A DNA stretch of 64,000 nt from Candidatus Micrarchaeota archaeon (GCA_016212475.1 JACRGC010000002.1:3897-67896); one strand, 5' to 3'; shown: positions 9,975 through 21,284, numbered from the stretch's first letter. Numbers and translations: made by a program. The notes: generated by a model from the letters alone, not told the origin.

Positions 9975-12900
9975 ATGGCAAACGAATATAGCAAACTACT
10001 CGATTCCATTTCTGAGGGAGGGCAGCAAAAAATTTCAGTTCCAAAAGCACTGGAAGTTTTGCGCGATCAATTGACGGACATCTCCAAAAACAACAAATCC
10101 CTCCACATTTCAAGGCTTAGCATGCGGCTCCATTTCGACCTATCTGAAATTTTGGAAGGAGATAAATCCGAGGCAATAAAACTTTCCGAAAAAATCGATG
10201 CAAGAAAGCCGCTTCGGCTGGTAAAAGTAATAACCCCAAGGGAGGATGAAATGGCTTCCTCCTACAGATTGACGCATCTCCAGCGTGAAGCGGATTTCAT
10301 TGAAAAAGAAACCGGAAACTATGATGTTTACATAGGCTATCCATTCGTTGAAGGCGCATTTGGGGACGGGACGCATTTCAAGTGCCCGCTTCTTTTGTAT
10401 CCGGCAGTAATTGAAAAGGATTACAAAAAATTGGAATTTACAGCAAAGCCAGATGCCGATAGAACTCCAATTCTTAACAAAACCTTCATCATCGCCTACC
10501 AGAAATTCAACCGCATAAAATTCAATCCTGAATATGATTTTGAAATTGAAGAAGGGGAAAACGGCTTTTTGAAAAATGGCATCAAGAAATGCGAGGAGCT
10601 TGGCATAAAATTCACAAACAAGCAAATTCTTGAATTGGGCGTCACTGAATACGACCCCAAAGGCCAAAAACGAAGTGCAAATAGCATTTCCCTTAGGAAT
10701 TTTGCAATCCTTGGGCTGTTTCCTCAAACATCATCAACCCTTCTTGCGGATTACGAATCACTGATGAAGGAATCCCCCAAAGAAGGCGCGCTTTATTCGT
10801 TTTTCAATGGCGAGGCGCAGGATAAAAGTGAATGGCTAAAATCAAACGAACATGCCAACAAAGCGTATTTGGTAACCGATGTTGATGCCTCCCAGGAAAA
10901 AGCCCTCCTTTCACTTGAAAAACTTGGCGGAATTGCAATCCATGGCCCTCCCGGAACTGGCAAATCACAATTAATTGTCAATATTTTGGCAGATAGCGTG
11001 GCAAAAGGCAAAAGGACTCTTCTTGTCTGCGAAAAAAGAGCTGCTCTTGACGTAGTTTTCAACCGGATGTCATCAATTGGGCTTGGAGACATGGTTGCGC
11101 TTGTGCATGATTACAACAAGGATCGCCATTCGGTTTTCCAAAAGGCAGCAAAAAACATCGACGAATTTTCCTTGCAGGATGTTTTGCCAGAAATCACCGT
11201 TGATGACAAGGGAAATCGGTCTGAAGAGCTCCTAAACCAGCTTGTATCGTATCATTCCAATCTTAACTTGACCCTTCCTTGCAACACTTCCCTAAAAAAC
11301 CTCTATTCCGTTGACGAAGACCCACTCGCGCTTAAGACCGAATACCTGAATTCGCTTGAAAACGACTTTACCTTCCAAGAGCTTTCGGATGGTTTGGAAA
11401 AAATTTCAGACATGCTCCAATTGGTTGGAAAAAGCGGAAAAGGCCTAAAGCCGCAGGAGCGCGATAAATTCTCGTCATTCAATGAGGAAAAGCTTAGGGC
11501 AATTGAAATAACCCTCCGGAAGCTTTTTGGGATTTTGGAAAACCTTTCGGATATCCAAGGCTTCGAACAATTTGCATCCCTCCATTTAGATTCAAACAAT
11601 CTCGTTTATCCCAAAACAGTTGATTTGCAATCAAAATTGCTTTCTCTTCCAAAAAAATCAAAATCCCTCCTCAAATTTGCGGATTCGGATTACCGGCAGG
11701 CAAGCAAATTCCTTGAAACCCTAAAAAACAGCAACCACGAGCAAAAACTTCCAACCGAATTGATCATCAGGGAAATTTCCGGTGAAAATCTCAAGCTTCA
11801 GACAAAAACCTATTCTGCAATCCTTCTCCTTCGAAAATATAATGAATTCATGAAGGAATTCGAATCACTAGCAAAGGATTTGGAATCCCAAATCGGCTCC
11901 CCAATCGCCTCGAATCTTGTTTTGGATGCTTCTTCATCAATAGAAACCGCCCACGCTTTCCTAGATGACATGCAAAGTTCCCTTCGGAACAAGGAAAAGG
12001 CAAAAATCATGCAAACGCAGGCGGAGGATTTAAGCAAAAAGGAAACTAACCTTCTTGCAATAGCTAGGAAATTAATGGATCGTGAAAAAGATCAAGAACT
12101 AGCCCTTAGGATACTTAAGCATTCCTTCTATTCCAAATGGATCGATGCCGCTGAAAACACAATGCCGCTTGTGAAAAAACTTGATAGGGCGGCGTACCAG
12201 AGGTATCGCTTTGAACTTCGCTCCCTCCTTGAAAAACGCAAGTTCAAATCAAGGCAGGAAGTAAAGCGCAATTGGCAGCACATGATCTCTTCGCAAAAAT
12301 ATTCGTCTCTTAAGGAAATCAAATTCCAATGCGAGAAAACGAAAAACCCCTGGTCGATGCGCAAATTGGTCCGCGAATTCAATGACAAGGGAATTTTGGA
12401 TGTTTTCCCGGTTTGGCTAACTTCTCCTGAAACAGCTTCTGCAATTTTTCCCCTGAAAGCAGGCTTATTTGATGTGGTTGTTTTCGATGAGGCTTCCCAA
12501 ATTACTCTTGAGCATGCGGTTCCGTCGCTTTACAGGTCAAAATCAGTTGCAGTTGCCGGCGATGAAAAACAGCTTCCGCCATTTGATTTGTTTTCCTCGC
12601 ATCTGACTTCGGATGATGGAGGGGAGGATGATTCGCTTTCAAAACAAGAGCTAAACGAGCTCCTTTCCGTAAAATCCTTCCTTCAACTTGCAAAACGAAG
12701 ATACCCCGAAGTCATGCTTAATTGGCACTATCGTTCCAAATACGAAGAGCTGATAAGTTTTTCCAATTACGCATTTTACTCCGGAAGAATCAGGACAATT
12801 GCAAACACGCAAAACGACAAAAAAGAGCCATCCATCAAATGGCTAAAAGTGGATGGAAAATGGGACAAGCGAAGGAACAGAATTGAAGCTGAAAAAGTTG

Positions 12901-13763
12901 TCGAGCTGATTTCGCAAACCATTTCAAAGCCAAATCCCCCATCAATTGGCGTTGTCACATTCAATTCATCCCAAAAGGATTTGATTGAAAACCTCCTTGA
13001 CAAGAAAGCGCTTTCCGACTCAAAATTCTACATAAATTACAAAAGGGAGCTGGAGCGTGAGGAAAACGAGGAAATCCAATCCCTCTTTGTTAAAAACATC
13101 GAAAACGTGCAAGGAGATGAACGAGACCTGATTATTTTCTCAATTGGCTACGCCCCAACAGTTGAAGATGGCAAAGTTGTTTCGCAATTTGGAACTCTTA
13201 GCATTGACGGCGGAGAAAACCGCCTGAATGTAGCAATCACGCGTGCGAAGGAAAAAATCATAGTGGTTTCTTCAATTGATCCGCTTCAGCTTCGGGCGCC
13301 TTCGGAAGGTTCTCTGGGTGTTTCCTACCTTCGCAAGTTCCTCGAATATGCAAAGAACATTTCAGAAGGAAAAAATGAGGATGCCAGCGCGATCCTTAGG
13401 GGCTTTGGGAAGGAAAATTTTGATAAAATTGCGCATGACTCATCTTTATTGGCCGAATCAATTGGCTTAATTGAACGCTTGCAAAAATCCGGCTTTGATG
13501 TCAAAAAGAACGTGGGCTATTCCAAAGGCACATTTGATCTTGCTATTGTTGACAAAAACAATCCCCACAAATTCTCCCTAGGAATTGAAATTGACGGCGT
13601 TAATTATTCCGGAATCCTTGATGCAAAAGATAGGGACGTTTACAGCCAAAACATCCTAGAAGATAGGGGCTGGAAAACCTACCGGCTATCGAGCAGGGAT
13701 TGGTGGGCTGATTCGGATGGCGTCATGCGGGAAATCAAGCAGGAGCTGAAATCGAATGGCTAA
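9975..13763 (+). CDS. DUF4011-like domain, Upf1-like SF1 helicase and C-terminal restriction-endonuclease-like domain
   Basis: GPPGTGKS, EKRAALDVV, FDEASQ, GDEKQLPP, HYRS, VQGDERD, NRLNVAITRA; C-terminal FDLAI..LGIEIDG..RD..LEDRGW; ATG at 9975 preferred. Confidence 0.9.
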   Translation: MANEYSKLLDSISEGGQQKISVPKALEVLRDQLTDISKNNKSLHISRLSMRLHFDLSEILEGDKSEAIKLSEKIDARKPLRLVKVITPREDEMASSYRLTHLQREADFIEKETGNYDVYIGYPFVEGAFGDGTHFKCPLLLYPAVIEKDYKKLEFTAKPDADRTPILNKTFIIAYQKFNRIKFNPEYDFEIEEGENGFLKNGIKKCEELGIKFTNKQILELGVTEYDPKGQKRSANSISLRNFAILGLFPQTSSTLLADYESLMKESPKEGALYSFFNGEAQDKSEWLKSNEHANKAYLVTDVDASQEKALLSLEKLGGIAIHGPPGTGKSQLIVNILADSVAKGKRTLLVCEKRAALDVVFNRMSSIGLGDMVALVHDYNKDRHSVFQKAAKNIDEFSLQDVLPEITVDDKGNRSEELLNQLVSYHSNLNLTLPCNTSLKNLYSVDEDPLALKTEYLNSLENDFTFQELSDGLEKISDMLQLVGKSGKGLKPQERDKFSSFNEEKLRAIEITLRKLFGILENLSDIQGFEQFASLHLDSNNLVYPKTVDLQSKLLSLPKKSKSLLKFADSDYRQASKFLETLKNSNHEQKLPTELIIREISGENLKLQTKTYSAILLLRKYNEFMKEFESLAKDLESQIGSPIASNLVLDASSSIETAHAFLDDMQSSLRNKEKAKIMQTQAEDLSKKETNLLAIARKLMDREKDQELALRILKHSFYSKWIDAAENTMPLVKKLDRAAYQRYRFELRSLLEKRKFKSRQEVKRNWQHMISSQKYSSLKEIKFQCEKTKNPWSMRKLVREFNDKGILDVFPVWLTSPETASAIFPLKAGLFDVVVFDEASQITLEHAVPSLYRSKSVAVAGDEKQLPPFDLFSSHLTSDDGGEDDSLSKQELNELLSVKSFLQLAKRRYPEVMLNWHYRSKYEELISFSNYAFYSGRIRTIANTQNDKKEPSIKWLKVDGKWDKRRNRIEAEKVVELISQTISKPNPPSIGVVTFNSSQKDLIENLLDKKALSDSKFYINYKRELEREENEEIQSLFVKNIENVQGDERDLIIFSIGYAPTVEDGKVVSQFGTLSIDGGENRLNVAITRAKEKIIVVSSIDPLQLRAPSEGSLGVSYLRKFLEYAKNISEGKNEDASAILRGFGKENFDKIAHDSSLLAESIGLIERLQKSGFDVKKNVGYSKGTFDLAIVDKNNPHKFSLGIEIDGVNYSGILDAKDRDVYSQNILEDRGWKTYRLSSRDWWADSDGVMREIKQELKSNG

Positions 13764-13767
13764 AAGT

Positions 13768-14568
13768 TTATTTTTTTCCTTGTCTTTCCAGTTCCTTGGC
13801 ATATTCCGCATGAGACGCGTCTAAAATAGTTTTCCAATGAATTGGGAGAATATTCTTATATCTATTAATTGAATTGATTGCGGATTGTGGTTCCATTAAG
13901 TAATGATAAATTTGGCTTGCCCGAACGGATGGTGTAATAAGTGTAAGTGGCTTTTCTTTTGTCTTAATTTTATTTGTTCTTTTTTTGATTCTTTCCCTAA
14001 GAAGGAGTTCTGCTCCCATGATAAGTCCATTCAAATTCAAATATGCCTCAGCGTGCTCTTTTGATCCGGCTATCATCCTGTTTTCTGTTTTCATCCTAAG
14101 CCTCCTTAAAATTTCCCTTTTGGTCTCAAAGGACATGGGCGTATATGATATTTGGGGCAACTGGCCGGATTTTCCGCGTTGCCTTAAAATATCTTTGCTT
14201 AACTTTAACGAATCGGCAATTCCATCCTCCACTATTTGGCTTATGGATCTTAGCTGGGCAAGGGCCCTAAGTGAATCGTAATCAGTTTCCTTGACGAGTT
14301 TTAGTTCGGATCCTCCAATTGCCTTTGCAGATTTGTTGAATTTTTCCGGAAGCCTTCCGACTATGTTCCTGCCCTCGGTAAAAATCTGCCCATTTTTGTT
14401 GACTCCGCTAAGCACATTTTCAAGGATCGGCGAAACCCTTTCCTTTGTTTCCTGATCCATCGGATCGCGGGAAGTTCCAGTTGGCGCCCCTATGATGTTG
14501 AACCGCCGCATTTCCCCATCGTTGATTTTGAGATGAAAAACATCAGCAAGCGCTTTTTCAGGTGACAT
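13768..14568 (-). CDS. Orphan basic protein
   Basis: 266-aa ORF filling the space, convergent with the helicase; no family recognised. Confidence 0.6.
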   Translation of the reverse strand: MSPEKALADVFHLKINDGEMRRFNIIGAPTGTSRDPMDQETKERVSPILENVLSGVNKNGQIFTEGRNIVGRLPEKFNKSAKAIGGSELKLVKETDYDSLRALAQLRSISQIVEDGIADSLKLSKDILRQRGKSGQLPQISYTPMSFETKREILRRLRMKTENRMIAGSKEHAEAYLNLNGLIMGAELLLRERIKKRTNKIKTKEKPLTLITPSVRASQIYHYLMEPQSAINSINRYKNILPIHWKTILDASHAEYAKELERQGKK

Positions 14569-14680
14569 ATAATTAGCATCAGTTCCAAAATTTAATAAGC
14601 TTAGCCTATTGGTAAAAATAAAAAGAAGGAAGGAAAAAGCCGCCTCGACCCCCTAGAAAGATCAAGGCTTGGCAATCCCT

Positions 14681-14821
14681 TTAGTTGCTCCCCTTCTCAA
14701 GCTCCTTGATCCGTTCGGCAACCCCTTTGGCTTCCAGTTCAAGGTTTTTCTTATATTCCTTGAGGGATTCCATCTTCTCTTCCTTGGTCATGTATGACCT
14801 TCCGTACATTCCATTGCACAT
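14681..14821 (-). CDS. 46-aa coiled-coil protein (DUF5320-like)
   Basis: Not in ORF track. MCNGMYGRSYMTKEEKMESLKEYKKNLELEAKGVAERIKELEKGSN*, with SD-like AGGTGG just upstream. Confidence 0.75.
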   Translation of the reverse strand: MCNGMYGRSYMTKEEKMESLKEYKKNLELEAKGVAERIKELEKGSN

Positions 14822-14834
14822 AAAACCACCTATC

Positions 14835-14909
14835 ATATTGGATAACCAATAGATAGTGGGTGCATGTATTTAAATATATCGTATGTCCAATATTATATAT
14901 CCAATATTA
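14835..14909. promoter_or_regulatory. Palindrome and direct repeats in a divergent promoter
   Basis: TATTGG-ataa-CCAATA, two TCCAATATTA copies (14886, 14900) and a TTTAAATA TATA-like box. Confidence 0.55.
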
Positions 14910-14921
14910 GTCGGTGATCAT

Positions 14922-15536
14922 ATGGAAAAATGGAATAATTTGGCAAGCAGGGAAATTGTTGAAAAGACAATTTCAAAATTGAAGGAGAATGGGATCGATG
15001 CATTTTTTGTCCCAAATGGGGAATCTGCACGGAAAAAGGCGCTCGAATTGATTCCAAAGGGTTCGGAGGTATTTTCCGCCACATCCACTACCAATGCAAC
15101 AATCGGGCTAGATGGGGAAATCAACGAATCTGGCAATTATGATTCCGTCCGCAAAAAACTTTACTCAATGGATTCCAAAACCGATGGAAAAGAAATGAGA
15201 AAACTTGGCGCTGTTCCAGATGTGGTGGTGGGCTCAGTCCATGCAATAACGCAGGATGGGCAACTTGTAATTGCCTCGGCAACCGGCTCACAGCTCCCGG
15301 CATATGCGTACGGGGCGGGAAAAGTGATCTGGATTGCCGGATCCCAAAAAATCGTTGCTAATTTGGATGATGCCATGACGCGCATTTATCAGCATGTTCT
15401 TCCGCTTGAATCCGAACGAGCAAAAAAAGCCTACGGCGTAGCCGGAAGCAATGTTTCAAAGCTTCTGATTATAAATAAGGAATTCCAGCCCGCAAGGATG
15501 CACTTGATTATAGTCGACGAGAAGCTGGGATTCTAA
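14922..15536 (+). CDS. LUD-domain (lactate utilization LutC/DUF1121-like) protein
   Basis: GSVHAITQDG.L.IASATGSQL..YAYGA..VI...GSQKIV motif; SD GGTGA before ATG 14922. Confidence 0.85.
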   Translation: MEKWNNLASREIVEKTISKLKENGIDAFFVPNGESARKKALELIPKGSEVFSATSTTNATIGLDGEINESGNYDSVRKKLYSMDSKTDGKEMRKLGAVPDVVVGSVHAITQDGQLVIASATGSQLPAYAYGAGKVIWIAGSQKIVANLDDAMTRIYQHVLPLESERAKKAYGVAGSNVSKLLIINKEFQPARMHLIIVDEKLGF

Positions 15537-15638
15537 TTATACCCCTAATTTGCCTCTTTTTATTTTTTTCTTTTTTTCCTCCCTAATCGATTTCCCCTAA
15601 CCAAAATCGTATTATAGCCTCCTTGCCATTAGTTTTCC

Positions 15639-16562
15639 ATGGCAATTGAGATTGGCTGGATTGGGCAAATTGAATCAAAATACGGCGAGGATGCCGCATA
15701 TCGGTCGGCAAAACTTTTGATCCACAGTATTCGGTCAAAATCAAAAATAATGGCGGCAATAGACCTTCATGGGAAGAGGGCAATTGAGATATTTGTTTCA
15801 GTTTCCAAAAAAAGATATGCAGCAAAGTATTCCGTTTCCTTAGCTGCTGAATTGATGCTGGGCTTCAAAAAAGGGATTGATGTTTTGGAGAAATCCCCGG
15901 AAAAATCAATCCAGCTTATTAGGAAATTCAAGGATAATGAAGGGGATGTCAAAACCATGGTTTCCCTTCTTGCAAAAGTGAAGCCGGACCAATTCGCTTA
16001 CCTAAACAACCCCCGGCTGGTGCGTGATTCCGTCCAGGTTTTAAGCAAATTCGGGCTCGATGGGCACAATGCGATAAAGGCCATTCCTCAAGAATCCATA
16101 GCTGCAATTGCAAAATGGGGTACCCCTGCATTGAAAATTGTGCAGTTATATGGAAAAACCGGAATCGATGCAATAAACAGCTCTAGTTTTCCCCATTTTC
16201 TAAAACTCGTAAAGGAGCACCGGATTCGGTTAACAAAAGGCGATCCGCACGCAATTTTAAATTACCGGCGTGGCGAAAAAAGCAAAAAACCCGGCTATTT
16301 CAATTTCAGCGCCGGTTATTACCGTAAGGAAAATACTCCGCACAGGCTGGCATTTGCAATCAATTCATTATCGATGCATTATTGGGCGGAAAAAAGGGGC
16401 ATTAAAATTGCCCAGAAGCGGGAAAATACCGTCAAGGAAAACGAGCACATTTCAAACATCCTAGTGGGCCCAAATCTTAACCATCTAAAGCCACCATCCA
16501 AACTCAATAGTCGAAAGCAAATTTCCGAACATGGAAAACCTATATCGACAGTATTTGCCTAA
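15639..16562 (+). CDS. Orphan basic protein with short helical (K/L)[YFW]G repeats
   Basis: 307-aa ORF; KYGEDAA, KFGLDGHNAI, KWGTPALKIV, LYGKTGIDAI. Confidence 0.6.
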   Translation: MAIEIGWIGQIESKYGEDAAYRSAKLLIHSIRSKSKIMAAIDLHGKRAIEIFVSVSKKRYAAKYSVSLAAELMLGFKKGIDVLEKSPEKSIQLIRKFKDNEGDVKTMVSLLAKVKPDQFAYLNNPRLVRDSVQVLSKFGLDGHNAIKAIPQESIAAIAKWGTPALKIVQLYGKTGIDAINSSSFPHFLKLVKEHRIRLTKGDPHAILNYRRGEKSKKPGYFNFSAGYYRKENTPHRLAFAINSLSMHYWAEKRGIKIAQKRENTVKENEHISNILVGPNLNHLKPPSKLNSRKQISEHGKPISTVFA

Positions 16563-16619
16563 GGCTTCCTGTCTCTTAAAACCCGCATTTTAGGAATTAT
16601 CATGAATACACTATTTTAT

Positions 16620-18221
16620 TCAGCCCCCAAACTCCTCCCGCATCCTCATTTCCCGCCGTTTTTTGTTATAGCCAATTGAGAATCTGTGCGTCTCATCCCG
16701 GATTTTTCGGAGGAGCAGCATCATCCTGCTGTTTTTATCGAATATTCTGGGTTGGGACTCGTCCGGCAGGTAAATCTCCTCGAATTTCTTCGCAATTCCA
16801 ATCAGTGGGATTTGCAATCCCAATGATTTTTGTGCTGCCATTGCAGCTGAAACTTGGCCTGGACCGCCGTCAATCAACAGAAGGTTTGGAAGCGGCAATT
16901 TTTGCTCAATTAATCCTCGTAATCTGCGTCCAACCACTTCGTTCATGCTCGCAAAATCATCCTGCTGAGCAACTGTTTTGATTTTGAATTTTCTGTAATT
17001 GCTTTTATCCGGCTTCGCATTTGCAAACCTGACCATTCCGGAAACCACATGCTCCCTTCCCAAATTTGAAATATCAAAGCATTCGATGATTAATGGAACA
17101 AGTGGCAAATTTAGCGCTGCTTGCAAATCTACAAGCGCTGAATCCTCCTCCAAATTCACTTCAATGTTCTTTTCCGCAAGTTTAATTAGCGCAAGCTTAT
17201 CCGCCCTTTCTGGAACCGTTAAACTAACCGATGCACCCCTGTTTTTTGAGAAAAACTCTTCCAAGCTGGTTTTTTCGGATTCATCAATCCAGCATTTTTG
17301 GCTTAGCAATATTTCACGCGGAATTGGGTTTGATGAATAATAAGCTTTCAAGAACTCCTGCTCAATTCCGGTTTGCAAATCAAGCGAAAATTCCTTCTTC
17401 CCAAGCAAAACCCCTCGTCTAATTCCCATCTGGACAATCAGCATTTTTTCTCCTAGTTTTCTAAACGCCAAAACATCCTGGTCAAAATCCCTATCCTTAT
17501 CCACAATTTGCCTATGCGTCAGGAGGTTTATGCTCTCAATTTGGTTCCTAAGTTCAAGCGCCCGCTCAAAATGCAAATCATGCGTTGCAATATTCATCTG
17601 ATCGTTCAATTGCAAAAGCGTATCCTCGTATTTTCCCTTAAGGAACTCCCTTGCTTTTTCAACCTGCTCCCCATACTGCGCTTTTGTCACATTTCCAATG
17701 CAAGGAGCGCTGCAAAGCCCGATATGGAAATTCAGGCACGCGCGTTTTGGAAGAGTTTTGCAAACCCTAAGTTTGAAAACTTTAACCGCAGCTTCCTGCA
17801 AGTTCATCCGCATGTATCCTTCCGTGTACGGCCCAAACATCTCCAATTTGCCGGAAGGTTTTCTTGATGTAAGTATTCTTGGGAACGGTTCCTTTGTCAG
17901 CGCAATGTAAGCAAAAGTTTTCGAATCCTTGAGGCTGATGTTGTATTTTGGCAGATGCTGCTTTACCAATTTGTTCTCCAAAAGAAGCGCTTCTACTTCC
18001 GAATCAACAACTATCCAATCAATTGTTGCGATTTTGGAAACCAAAAGTTGCGTTTTAACCGGCTTATCCGAATTTGAAAAATAGCTCCTCACGCGGGCGC
18101 GCAAACTTTTTGCCTTCCCAATGTAAATTATTTCGTTGGAATCATCCCTGTAAATGTAAACTCCAGGGCCGATTGGGATTTTTTCAGAAGAAAATCCATC
18201 CTTTCCGGAAATTTCGAGCAT
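16620..18221 (-). CDS. uvrC: Excinuclease ABC subunit C, lacking the C-terminal HhH domain
   Basis: GIY-YIG (GVY..YIGKAK), UVR motif FERALELRN, RNase H-like ECFDISN, DGG.GQ, RDETHRF. Confidence 0.95.
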   Translation of the reverse strand: MLEISGKDGFSSEKIPIGPGVYIYRDDSNEIIYIGKAKSLRARVRSYFSNSDKPVKTQLLVSKIATIDWIVVDSEVEALLLENKLVKQHLPKYNISLKDSKTFAYIALTKEPFPRILTSRKPSGKLEMFGPYTEGYMRMNLQEAAVKVFKLRVCKTLPKRACLNFHIGLCSAPCIGNVTKAQYGEQVEKAREFLKGKYEDTLLQLNDQMNIATHDLHFERALELRNQIESINLLTHRQIVDKDRDFDQDVLAFRKLGEKMLIVQMGIRRGVLLGKKEFSLDLQTGIEQEFLKAYYSSNPIPREILLSQKCWIDESEKTSLEEFFSKNRGASVSLTVPERADKLALIKLAEKNIEVNLEEDSALVDLQAALNLPLVPLIIECFDISNLGREHVVSGMVRFANAKPDKSNYRKFKIKTVAQQDDFASMNEVVGRRLRGLIEQKLPLPNLLLIDGGPGQVSAAMAAQKSLGLQIPLIGIAKKFEEIYLPDESQPRIFDKNSRMMLLLRKIRDETHRFSIGYNKKRREMRMREEFGG

Positions 18222-18237
18222 TGTTTGACTAACCCCG

Positions 18238-21099
18238 TTATTTCAGCATGTGCTTTAGGAATTTGCCCGTGTAGGATTTTTCATTCTTCACAATTTCTTC
18301 GGGTGTTCCAATTGCAATCACTTCGCCTCCTGCCCTTCCGCCTTCTGGCCCCAAATCAATCAAATAATCACAGCTTTTAACAACATCCAAATTATGCTCT
18401 ATTACAAATACCGAATTTCCCTTTTCCACCAGATTGTTAAGCACTTTGATTAACCGCTTCGTATCATCAAAATGCAGCCCAACCGTAGGCTCATCTAGCA
18501 TGTAAACGATATGCCCGGATTTGTTCTTGCTAAGCTCGCGCGTGATTTTGATTCGCTGGCTCTCCCCGCCTGAAAGCGTAGTTGAACTTTGCCCTAATTT
18601 GATGTATCCAAGCCCAACATCCAAAAGGGTTTGCAGCTTCCTTTTGATTCCATGCATGTTTTCAAAAAATACCGCCGCCTCACTTACTTCCATATCCAAA
18701 ATTTCAGAAATATTCTTCCCCTTATACAAGATTCCAAGGGTTTCCTTGTTGTAGCGCTTTCCTTTGCAATCACTGCACTGCACGTAAACATCCGGAAGGA
18801 AATTCATCTCAATCCTAAGCACCCCATCCCCCTGGCAGGTTTCGCATCTCCCTCCCTTGACATTAAAGGAAAACCTTCCCTCGTCAAACCCGCGCATCCT
18901 GGCATCATTTGTTTGGGCGTAAATTTTTCGTATCTCATCAAACAATTTTGTGTAAGTTGCCGGGTTGCTCCTTGGCGTCCTTCCAATCGGGTCCTGATCA
19001 ATAATGATCACATTCGAAACGAATTTCGGAACTTCAAGCGAATCGTGCTTCCCAACAAAATCAACCTTTTCGCCAAAATTGCGCCTAAGCATGGGCATTA
19101 TAGTTTGGTTCATAAGCGAGCTTTTTCCAGATCCTGAAACTCCTGTAATTCCGCAAAGTATTCCAAGAGGAATATCAACTGAGATGTTTTTCAAATTGTT
19201 CTCCTTTGCGCCTTTGATTTTCAAATAGCCAACGGGCTTTTTTCGAATTTTTGGCACATCGATTGCAAGTTCTCCCGAAAGGTATTTTCCTGTCAGGCTT
19301 TTTTTGCTTGCCATGATTTCCTTTGGGGTTCCTTGCGAAACAATATGCCCTCCGTGCACTCCGGCTCCTGGCCCCATATCTATGATGTAATCGGAATTGC
19401 GGATTGTGTCCTCGTCATGCTCAACAACAATTAGCGTGTTTCCCAAATCGCGCAGCCTATGGAGCGTTCCAATAAGTTTTTCATTATCCCTCTGGTGCAA
19501 GCCAATTGAAGGCTCATCCAAAATGTAAAGCACGCCCATAAGATTGCTTCCAATTTGTGTTGCCAAGCGAATCCGTTGCGCTTCCCCTCCCGAAAGCGTT
19601 CTTGCAGCTCTAGAAAGCGACAAATACCCAAGCCCCACGTTTTTTAGGAATCCCAATCTTTCATTGACTTCCTTTAGCACCTGTTTGGCAATTGCCATTT
19701 CCTTTTCGTTCAACTGTTCCGGAAGCTTTGCAAAAAAATCAACCGCGGCCTCAATTGATAGGTCAGTTGCATCGATTATGCTTTTTCCTGAAATTTTTAC
19801 CGCCAAAACAACCGGCTGAAGTTTTTTGCCCATGCAAATTTGGCACATTTTCGAGGTCATGAACTTTTCAATATCCGCTTTTCTCCATTCGCTTTCCGTT
19901 TGCTTATAGAGCCTCATGGTCTGCGGAATAATGCCTTCCCACCCATCCTTCATCCACATGTTTGCGCCATTCGACCAAGTGCCGTTAATGGTTTCCTTTG
20001 TCCCATAAAGCAATACGTCCAGCTGCTTTTTTGTGAATTTATTCAAGGGTGTGAAAATATCAAACCCGAATTTCTTTCCAACCGCTGAAATTTGCTGCGC
20101 CCTCCAGGTCAAATCGATTTTTCCATAAACCGCAATCCCGCCATCCATAATTGAAAGCGATGGGTCCGGAACCACCAAATCCTTTGAAATTTCCGTGATT
20201 TCCCCAAGCCCATGGCAGGTTTGGCAGGCTCCAAATGGCGAGTTGAATGAGAACATGCGCGGCTCAAGGCTTTCAAAAACAACTTCCGGATGATTTTTGC
20301 AAGCTCCAAATGTCGAGTAAATTGTTTCCGCCCCCCCTCGTTCCAGCTCCTTGCGCTTTTCCTTTCCTTGCGCTTCCTTTGAATCAATCACAAAAATCGT
20401 TCCTTTCCCCAAAATCAGCGCCTGCTCAACTGCTTCGGTAATTCTGGATCTTTCATCATCCCCAATTTTTATTGTGTCGATAACGGCTTCAATCCAATGC
20501 TTCTCATACCTTGCCATTTTGGCATCCTGCTTGGCATTTTCTACCTCGTAAATTTTCTGATCGATCCGAATTTTTGAAAATCCCTGCTTTTTCACATCCT
20601 CAATTACCTGCTCGTGCGTTCCCTTGATTCCCCTAATGACCGGCGCCAAAAAAGTGATGGTTTTCCCCGGTTCGGACATGATGAGCCCGACAATATTTTC
20701 CGCGCTTTGGGGCTTGATTGCTCCGTTGCATTTTGGGCAGTGGTGCGTACCAACCCGGGCAAATAGCAGCCGAAGGTAATCGTAAATTTCAGTAACCGTG
20801 CCAACAGTTGACCTTGGGTTCTTGCTGGTGGATTTTTGCTCAATTGAAATTGCCGGTGAAAGCCCTTCAATTGAATCAACATCGGGCTTATCCATTAGGC
20901 CCAAAAACTGGCGAGCGTATGCGGAAAGCGATTCAACGTACCTCCTTTGTCCTTCCGCGTAAATCGTATCGAATGCAAGGGTTGATTTCCCAGAGCCCGA
21001 AAGTCCGGTTATCACTATCAATTTATTGCGCGGAATTTCAACATCGATGTTTTTCAAGTTGTGCTCGCGCGCTCCCTTGACAATAATGCTATCCCTCAT
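18238..21099 (-). CDS. uvrA: Excinuclease ABC subunit A
   Basis: Two ABC cassettes ([21 protein letters not shown] twice) and zinc fingers. Confidence 0.98.
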   Translation of the reverse strand: MRDSIIVKGAREHNLKNIDVEIPRNKLIVITGLSGSGKSTLAFDTIYAEGQRRYVESLSAYARQFLGLMDKPDVDSIEGLSPAISIEQKSTSKNPRSTVGTVTEIYDYLRLLFARVGTHHCPKCNGAIKPQSAENIVGLIMSEPGKTITFLAPVIRGIKGTHEQVIEDVKKQGFSKIRIDQKIYEVENAKQDAKMARYEKHWIEAVIDTIKIGDDERSRITEAVEQALILGKGTIFVIDSKEAQGKEKRKELERGGAETIYSTFGACKNHPEVVFESLEPRMFSFNSPFGACQTCHGLGEITEISKDLVVPDPSLSIMDGGIAVYGKIDLTWRAQQISAVGKKFGFDIFTPLNKFTKKQLDVLLYGTKETINGTWSNGANMWMKDGWEGIIPQTMRLYKQTESEWRKADIEKFMTSKMCQICMGKKLQPVVLAVKISGKSIIDATDLSIEAAVDFFAKLPEQLNEKEMAIAKQVLKEVNERLGFLKNVGLGYLSLSRAARTLSGGEAQRIRLATQIGSNLMGVLYILDEPSIGLHQRDNEKLIGTLHRLRDLGNTLIVVEHDEDTIRNSDYIIDMGPGAGVHGGHIVSQGTPKEIMASKKSLTGKYLSGELAIDVPKIRKKPVGYLKIKGAKENNLKNISVDIPLGILCGITGVSGSGKSSLMNQTIMPMLRRNFGEKVDFVGKHDSLEVPKFVSNVIIIDQDPIGRTPRSNPATYTKLFDEIRKIYAQTNDARMRGFDEGRFSFNVKGGRCETCQGDGVLRIEMNFLPDVYVQCSDCKGKRYNKETLGILYKGKNISEILDMEVSEAAVFFENMHGIKRKLQTLLDVGLGYIKLGQSSTTLSGGESQRIKITRELSKNKSGHIVYMLDEPTVGLHFDDTKRLIKVLNNLVEKGNSVFVIEHNLDVVKSCDYLIDLGPEGGRAGGEVIAIGTPEEIVKNEKSYTGKFLKHMLK

Positions 21100-21284
21100 T
21101 TTTACACCTGAAAATATTTTTTTAATTACGCTTGGTTTTTCACTCGATTGAATTTTCCCCTATTTCAATTTTTTGACCACAAATTTTTACCCATATATTT
21201 TTCCTTTTTTTGCGCCTATATTTATTCCCGATTCCAATCTTATGCCCTTTTTCGAACCTTTCCCATAATCCAATTTTCATTATT

